Origin: Candidatus Obscuribacterales bacterium
GTDB taxonomy: Bacteria > Cyanobacteriota > Vampirovibrionia > Obscuribacterales > Obscuribacteraceae
NCBI GenBank assembly: GCA_965228855.1
Contig: CBDDIJ010000003.1
Coordinates: 3,328,001-3,392,000, forward strand
Length of the DNA: 64,000 nucleotides
Direction: 5' to 3'
Both the position numbers and the translations under genes were made by a program. This document shows, piece after piece, positions 57,996 through 64,000 of the stretch; the stretch's first letter is position 1, and the number at the start of each line of letters is the position of its first letter. Under the pieces are notes generated by a model, which worked only from the letters and a program-made list of their open reading frames with translations, did not search any database and was not told the DNA's origin.

Positions 57996-60215
57996 CTAGA
58001 GACTCGACATTTTTGTTTTTCCTTCGCGCTCCCAGAAGCGCAGCTTCCGGCAGTTTTCGATGAAGGTCGACGCATCAGCCGCTTTACTGAGTTGAATCAT
58101 TCCAGCGTCGTCGTTGCCAGCGACTCCGGCTTTGGTGAACAAAACAGATGCGGCCTCGTTGTAACCAATGAACTTTTGATGAGCGAACGCATCAGAAACA
58201 AAGTCTTTTGCAGTCGCATCAGTGGACAACTTGGTGGCACCCTCAGGTGATACCAGAATAGCAACTGCATCGAATAGCACTGAAGGACCGCCATTCAAGC
58301 GGATGTCTGCGTCTATGTGCGAGCCGTCACTTGCATCCACACCACCAATTTTCGGAGCCACGATTTTTACCTCGGCACCTTCCCTGGTGGCAGCCTCTTT
58401 CAACGCGGCAACGAGCTTGGCATCAACGCCGTCGCTCACGAGTATACCGAGGCAGCGGTCTTTGAACGAGTCCGGACCGTTCTTCAAAATGCTCAAAGCA
58501 TTGGAAGGAGGCAATTCTTTTGTTGCCTTTGCAGCTTTAGCCGGGGCTGGCAATGATTTCATTCCCAGACCATCCGCTACACGTTTGGCAAGATCGCCAT
58601 CAATGTTTAACAGATGTGAAACGACTCGTTCACGTATCGACGCCTTTTCGACCTTCGAGAGTTCGAATGTCAAAGCGTCCGCCATATGAGTTTGCTCGAT
58701 AGGCGTTTGACTGATGTAGAACTGCCTCGCCTGGCTGTAATGATCAGCAAATGACTCGGGTCGTTGCCTGATTTTTGGGCCATTAACTTGTTGAGGATGA
58801 GTCTTGAAGCCTTCAGCAAGATTCTCTCTGGAGCCACCCCACGAATTCGGTTCGTAGTTGGCCCTTCCTTTTACGTTGACGAAATTCATGTGTCCGTCCT
58901 GCTGAAAGTTGAAGACTGGACATTTAGGAGCATTGATCGGCAATTGAGTGAAGTTAGGCGAACCGAGCCGCTTTAGCTGTGTATCGAGATACGAGAAGTT
59001 TCTGATTTGCAGCAATGGATCGTCCGTGAAATCGATTCCAGGAACGATATTTTGCGTGCAAAAAGCGACTTGTTCGGTTTCCGCAAAAAAGTTATCGACA
59101 GTTCTATCGAGAACCATCCTTCCGACTTTCCTTACGGGAACTAGCTCTTCTGGAATTATCTTTGTCGCATCCAGAACATCGAAATCGAACTTATTTGCAA
59201 ATTCTTCATCGAAGACTTGCATTCCTAACTCCCATTCAGGGTAGTGACCGCCTTTGATCGCATTCCAGAGATCGTGTCGATGGAAGTCAGGGTCGGCACC
59301 GTTTATCTTGACGGCTTCATTCCAAACAACTGACTGCATGCCTTGCTTTGGCTTCCAGTGAAACTTCACAAATCGGCTCTTGCCGGAAGCATCAACCAGT
59401 TTGAAGGTGTGAACGCCAAAGCCTTCCATGAATCTAAACGATCTCGGAATTGCGCGGTCAGACATTATCCACATAACCATATTCATGGACTCTGGAGTCA
59501 GCGAAATAAAATCCCAGAAGTTATCATGCGCAGTTGCCGCTTGAGGGAAAGCACGATCCGGCGCTTCTTTCGCAGCGTGGATCAAATCCGGGAATTTGAT
59601 TCCGTCTTGAATGAAGAAAACAGGAATATTGTTTCCGACCAGATCCCAATTGCCTTGCTTTGTATAAAACTTGACCGCAAATCCGCGAACGTCTCGAGCG
59701 AGGTCAAATGACCCCTTGTTTCCTGCGACAGTGGAGAAGCGGACAAACACTGGAGTTTTCTCGCCTGCTCGCTGGAAAAGGTCTGCCTTGGTGACGTCAG
59801 CTTGGGATTTGTACAGTTCAAAGAAACCGTGAGCACCAAAACCTCGAGCATGGACGACGCGTTCAGGAATACGCTCATGATCGAAGTGAAAAATCTTCTC
59901 TCGCATCATCTGATCTTCAAGCAACGCCGGACCACGCGGGCCAACTCTTAAGCTGTTTTGATCGTCTGATACGGGCACTCCGAGTTGAGTGGTCATAGTC
60001 GGCAATTTACCGCCTGATTGTTGGTGAGCCTCTCCACCTGTATGTGATGGATTTACGTCAGGCTGACCAACTGCGGTCGCCCCCTTATCGGACGGACTAT
60101 TGATGGCAAAATCAGCTGCTAAAGCCAGATTGTTTTGAATAGTTCCGATCGACAGAGAAACGGCCACAATCAAGCTCATTATTTTTCGATTCGAGCATTG
60201 ATTCAAAATCATCAT
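57996..60215 (-). CDS. katE: Large-subunit (clade 2) heme catalase with C-terminal DJ-1-like domain and N-terminal signal-like peptide
   Basis: [37 protein letters not shown] and PSVLFDAV. Confidence 0.95.
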   Translation of the reverse strand: MMILNQCSNRKIMSLIVAVSLSIGTIQNNLALAADFAINSPSDKGATAVGQPDVNPSHTGGEAHQQSGGKLPTMTTQLGVPVSDDQNSLRVGPRGPALLEDQMMREKIFHFDHERIPERVVHARGFGAHGFFELYKSQADVTKADLFQRAGEKTPVFVRFSTVAGNKGSFDLARDVRGFAVKFYTKQGNWDLVGNNIPVFFIQDGIKFPDLIHAAKEAPDRAFPQAATAHDNFWDFISLTPESMNMVMWIMSDRAIPRSFRFMEGFGVHTFKLVDASGKSRFVKFHWKPKQGMQSVVWNEAVKINGADPDFHRHDLWNAIKGGHYPEWELGMQVFDEEFANKFDFDVLDATKIIPEELVPVRKVGRMVLDRTVDNFFAETEQVAFCTQNIVPGIDFTDDPLLQIRNFSYLDTQLKRLGSPNFTQLPINAPKCPVFNFQQDGHMNFVNVKGRANYEPNSWGGSRENLAEGFKTHPQQVNGPKIRQRPESFADHYSQARQFYISQTPIEQTHMADALTFELSKVEKASIRERVVSHLLNIDGDLAKRVADGLGMKSLPAPAKAAKATKELPPSNALSILKNGPDSFKDRCLGILVSDGVDAKLVAALKEAATREGAEVKIVAPKIGGVDASDGSHIDADIRLNGGPSVLFDAVAILVSPEGATKLSTDATAKDFVSDAFAHQKFIGYNEAASVLFTKAGVAGNDDAGMIQLSKAADASTFIENCRKLRFWEREGKTKMSSL

Positions 60216-60505
60216 TAAAAACTCCCCATTGAAAGAAACACGAATAGAAGCTCACTTGGCGCAGTTGCGCACAGATGGGCTTCACTTGAATTTACGGCTT
60301 CATCATTCTAGACGGTTTCATTACCTACGTGGATAAATCGTTGCAAGCAAATTTAACTACCCAGAACTGAGCTGCCCTAGACGAGCTTCAGAAGCCAGAC
60401 TTCGAAGATCCTCGTTTAGCAGATTCGCGAAGAAAAGTTTCGCGACTTAAGCAGAGGAAAGTCGGTGTCCAATGAGTAAGTAGCAGAAAATGATTCCCGT
60501 GATGT

Positions 60506-62212
60506 TCACTTAGAGAGCGTGCGACGAGGAGGTTTATTCTCGGTCTTCACTTTCTCGTGAGGTTGATCGTAGAAGGCAATCTGCACGGCCAATGCAAAAC
60601 CGCCAATTGCAGCCGCTACGAAACAAACTATAGCGATGGTCGGGTAGCCCCATAAGGTAAAGGATGTCGGAACCCTCATAAGAAGAGCAGCTCCAATGAT
60701 TAAAGCAGCTAGGATTAAAGACAAACTGATCCTGTTAGCGACTTTCTGGAATGAATCGATAAGAATTGGTTCGTCGATCACTTTCATCTCGAACTTATTG
60801 CTTGATACCAGATCAAGGATTTTATTGATTCGCTTAGGCAAGTTTTCGAGAAAGTCTTTAGTCTCAATCAAACTATCACCTAAATGTCCTGGCGATAGAT
60901 CGTTGCGCATGCGCTGTTCCATAATGTGCGCGGCGTTTCTTCTAACAGAAGCATTTGGTTCGAACGACGGATCGAGAGTTCGACCGATCTGATCGAGATT
61001 CATAAGCGCTTTGCCGACCATTGTCAGTTCGGCCGGTACACGAATCCCACAGTCACCAGCGCACTTCGTGACACCGAGCACAACGCGGCCAACCTGCATA
61101 CCTTCAATATCAGCGTTGAGATCGTTTTGAACAAGGTCCGCAATCTGCATGCGAAATGATTGCTCGTCGAAATTGTCCTTGCGCTCTCCTATATCAATTC
61201 CGACATCCGCTACGCTGTCAGCTCGACCTTCGCTGATAGCAATGACCATGCGCAACAACTTTTGCTGCAGTGGTGGTGTTAAATGTGCCACCATTCCCAA
61301 ATCGAGCAGTCCAATCGTTTTATCATCCGTGAGAAACACATTCCCTGGATGCGGATCTGCGTGAAAGAAACCGTCGACTAGTATTTGTTTCAAATAAGCC
61401 CTGAAGATTTCCTCGGCAAGAGCGGCTCCATTGATCTCCAGAAGGGCTAACCGAGTAATGTCCGTGACCTTCTTCCCAGTCACAAAATCCATGGTTAAAA
61501 CAGTATTACTGGTGTAATCCCAGACCGGGCAAGGAACGTGAATTAGCTCGAATTCCTTGAGGTTGGCGCGAATGGTTTCGAGATTGTGGGCCTCTTTTCT
61601 GTAATCGAGCTCTTCCAGAACCGATTTTCGGAACTCGTCCGCGATGACAGTGAACTCGTACTTCTTCCCAGATTCCGTATGCTGATCGTAAAACTCCGCA
61701 ATCTCGGACAAAATTTGCAGGTCTTCCATGATGCCGTCTTTGATACCAGGTCGTTGAACCTTGACTGCAACTTCACGACCATTACGCAGAACGGCTCGGT
61801 GAATTTGTCCAAGTGAAGCCGCTGCAATTGGCGTACTTTCAAACTCTCTAAACCCTTTAGAAATTCTGACACCAAGTTCGGTGACAACGCGCTTCTCTAT
61901 TAAATCGAAAGGGACAGGTTCACAATTATCTTGCAGTCTCGACAAAGCAGCTAAATACGTTGGAGGCAAGAAGTCGGAACGTGTCGAGAGGAGCTGTCCG
62001 AGCTTCACGAATGCGGGACCGAGCTCCTCTATATCTCGAGCGAGGTCATCTGCGGTCTTCTCCGCATCCTTGGGTACGGACGGGACGCCTTTTGAATCCG
62101 TGACATACTCGTCGAGCCCAGCATTCTTGACTAGATCGGAGTTACCATATTTTACGAGCAGCATCGCGATATCTTTGTACCGCTTCACATGTGGTCCCAG
62201 ACCAATACCCAT
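60506..62212 (-). CDS. ABC1/AarF/UbiB-family atypical kinase
   Basis: LGPAFVKLGQLLSTR, PIAAASLGQIH, VAVKVQRP, ELDY..EA, FFHADPHPGN, LDLGM and two C-terminal TM helices. Confidence 0.93.
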   Translation of the reverse strand: MGIGLGPHVKRYKDIAMLLVKYGNSDLVKNAGLDEYVTDSKGVPSVPKDAEKTADDLARDIEELGPAFVKLGQLLSTRSDFLPPTYLAALSRLQDNCEPVPFDLIEKRVVTELGVRISKGFREFESTPIAAASLGQIHRAVLRNGREVAVKVQRPGIKDGIMEDLQILSEIAEFYDQHTESGKKYEFTVIADEFRKSVLEELDYRKEAHNLETIRANLKEFELIHVPCPVWDYTSNTVLTMDFVTGKKVTDITRLALLEINGAALAEEIFRAYLKQILVDGFFHADPHPGNVFLTDDKTIGLLDLGMVAHLTPPLQQKLLRMVIAISEGRADSVADVGIDIGERKDNFDEQSFRMQIADLVQNDLNADIEGMQVGRVVLGVTKCAGDCGIRVPAELTMVGKALMNLDQIGRTLDPSFEPNASVRRNAAHIMEQRMRNDLSPGHLGDSLIETKDFLENLPKRINKILDLVSSNKFEMKVIDEPILIDSFQKVANRISLSLILAALIIGAALLMRVPTSFTLWGYPTIAIVCFVAAAIGGFALAVQIAFYDQPHEKVKTENKPPRRTLSK

Positions 62213-62360
62213 CAAACAATCCTCGCCGACCCAATACCGTAATGATTTACATAGCACTCGAATTTAATATTCATGCGGTGAGCTATACTGGAGCGCTCGG
62301 TCTCCAAGTGAAAAACGCTTGACACCGAGTTCGGAACAGCCTTAACAGCTAAGGAACGAA

Positions 62361-62615
62361 ATGAAGACCAATCCAGCAAACGACTCAGCAAATGACTCAA
62401 CTAACGAGCAGTCATCATCCGATTTCATAAGGCTTGATCAGTTTTTGAAGTTGAATAACCTGGTGGCTTCCGGCGGCGAGGCGAAGCATCTAATTCAAGA
62501 CGGCAACGTCAAAGTTAACGGACAGATCGAGACCCGTCGGGGAAAGAAGTTGCGTGCAGGCGATGTAGTCGAAGCCTTCGGTCAAAAACTTCGAATTGAA
62601 TCGGATTCGGAATAG
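62361..62615 (+). CDS. S4-domain RNA-binding protein (YaaA/YbcJ-like)
   Basis: IRLDQFLK...SGGEAK.LIQ.G.VKVNG..ETRRGKKL. Confidence 0.92.
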   Translation: MKTNPANDSANDSTNEQSSSDFIRLDQFLKLNNLVASGGEAKHLIQDGNVKVNGQIETRRGKKLRAGDVVEAFGQKLRIESDSE

Positions 62616-62634
62616 ACCTGCAGTCTGTCGGCTA

Positions 62635-62904
62635 TCAAACGAAAACTTCGGCATCATTGGCTTCGTAGCACTCCCGAACAAGAATCTCACCGTGCTCCGA
62701 ATGTACAAAGAATTTGGAGTGTTCGCGACGAGCAATTTCGCGACCAAAGTTTTCCGCTTCGACTAATGAGTCAAAGTAGTTTTCATCAGTACCAGCCGTT
62801 GTCACTATCCAGCCGCCTTCCAGGCAGAGAATATGTACATCTCGTCGCGCAGATATTGAGTAAACAGAATTACCTTCTTCTTCTGGTTCAATCATGATGT
62901 TCAC
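62635..62904 (-). CDS. DUF2188-like small protein
   Basis: VH....GGW.V, F....EA...GREIAR and VH...G.I pattern. Confidence 0.6.
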   Translation of the reverse strand: MNIMIEPEEEGNSVYSISARRDVHILCLEGGWIVTTAGTDENYFDSLVEAENFGREIARREHSKFFVHSEHGEILVRECYEANDAEVFV

Positions 62905-63164
62905 CCGATGTTGTATCTAATAACATCTGAGCCGTCCAGCTAGCTGAGATATGACATGAATAGCATCAGGTCGAACTGCTGAAGCAAGTTTGTTCAGGTT
63001 TGGTGATTGCCCGGCAGGAAGAATTGCTTCCACTCAGCAGTCCCGAGCAAAATTTCGGTTCGGCAGATTTATCGCCTTCGTGTCCACGGCACGGGAACCA
63101 TAGGCTATTAAGCTTACAGAATGAAGGGAAGAAAACAGAACCACTAAAGTGGATAAGAGCTAAC

Positions 63165-63195
63165 GAAAAGGACGGGTGGCAGCCCCGTCCTTTTC
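63165..63195 (-). terminator. Intrinsic terminator (possibly bidirectional)
   Basis: GAAAAGGACGGG-tggcagc-CCCGTCCTTTTC just downstream of the 63221-63826 gene. Confidence 0.75.
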
Positions 63196-63220
63196 CACTT
63201 CAATCGCTCCCTGTTTTATT

Positions 63221-63826
63221 TTATCCAGCCTGAGATGCGGAGGCATCACGCTCCTTTAGCTCGCCGACGGCTGCTTTTGCGAGTTTCGAATATTTTCTCT
63301 TTATTTCATCGAGCTCTTCTTGTGATTTCTCCTCTAGATCCATCACATCATTCTGGGCATCCCCTACGGCGCGAATCAACTCATCGAGTTTCAACTGAAC
63401 GGCTTCACTGTCTCGATTTTGAGTGTTCTGAATCAGAAACACCATTAGAAACGTGACAATCGTGGTGCCCGTGTTAATGACGAGCTGCCATGTGTCGTTG
63501 AATCCAAATATCGGACCGGTAACTCCCCACAAAACAATAATTCCGAACGCGATCAGAAAGGTGGAAGGCTGTCCCGTTCTTACAGCAACACGCCTGGCGA
63601 TGGAACCAAATATATCTCGTTTCTTCTCGTCAGATTCATCGGAGTCTTCTGGCTTCTGTCTTCTTGTCTCCATTTTCCGATCTTTCGACTTCTCACCAGC
63701 CTCGCCGATTCCATCGATATTTTCAGAGTCGCTTACCTTCGCTTTAGTTATGCTATCCATTTCAGAAATCCTTTTATCAACGTCAGGCGTTAGTTGTATA
63801 GCACCTGAAAGCTGATAGATGGACAT
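63221..63826 (-). CDS. Low-affinity iron permease (Fet4-like) family protein; start uncertain
   Basis: GPIFGFNDTWQLVINTGTTIVTFLMVFLIQNTQNRD..A.QLKLDELIRA. Confidence 0.9.
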   Translation of the reverse strand: MSIYQLSGAIQLTPDVDKRISEMDSITKAKVSDSENIDGIGEAGEKSKDRKMETRRQKPEDSDESDEKKRDIFGSIARRVAVRTGQPSTFLIAFGIIVLWGVTGPIFGFNDTWQLVINTGTTIVTFLMVFLIQNTQNRDSEAVQLKLDELIRAVGDAQNDVMDLEEKSQEELDEIKRKYSKLAKAAVGELKERDASASQAG

Positions 63827-64000
63827 TCTTCGCGCATTACGATCACAGAATAATCACATCAAAGGACCAAGCCGACGTTCATCAAATGCAAGCCCAACTG
63901 AAATCGCAATCAATTTCAAATGGAAAACGGGAGACAGCTATTACCGCCTCCCGCTTATTTAGTCCATTAGCTTCGGCTACTTTGCCGCAGCTGGCTCTAG

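Overview
Bacterial chromosomal segment (roughly 50% GC by eye) with about 55 protein-coding genes and no rRNA, tRNA, CRISPR array, transposase or phage genes. The gene style suggests a Melainabacteria/Obscuribacterales-like organism: many TPR proteins, membrane Ser/Thr kinases, HAMP-PAS kinases, a giant Gly-rich secreted protein and lineage-specific hypotheticals. That assignment is inference only. Recognisable genes include ychF, a delta-9-type desaturase, a bacteriophytochrome photosensory core, an HI0933-like flavoprotein, a CzcA/CusA RND pump, a cereblon-like protein, an SSS symporter, an AraC/AKR/ADH aldehyde-detox trio, a large-subunit catalase, an ABC1/UbiB kinase and an S4 protein. The main hidden signals are: (1) two probable selenoprotein genes that the ORF track splits or misses, each with an in-frame TGA followed by a SECIS-like hairpin (a 65-aa membrane peptide at 21812-22009 and an exported SelN/thioredoxin-like protein at 51082-52152); (2) a translationally coupled pair of histidine kinases with complementary defects, one lacking the phospho-His and one lacking the ATPase boxes, next to an OmpR-type regulator and flanked by two near-identical 18-bp boxes; (3) a decayed tandem duplication that outlines a variable cargo slot between the flavoprotein gene and the small selenoprotein gene; (4) a phytochrome with no output domain; (5) tandem metallopeptidase-like paralogs with degenerate HExxH motifs.
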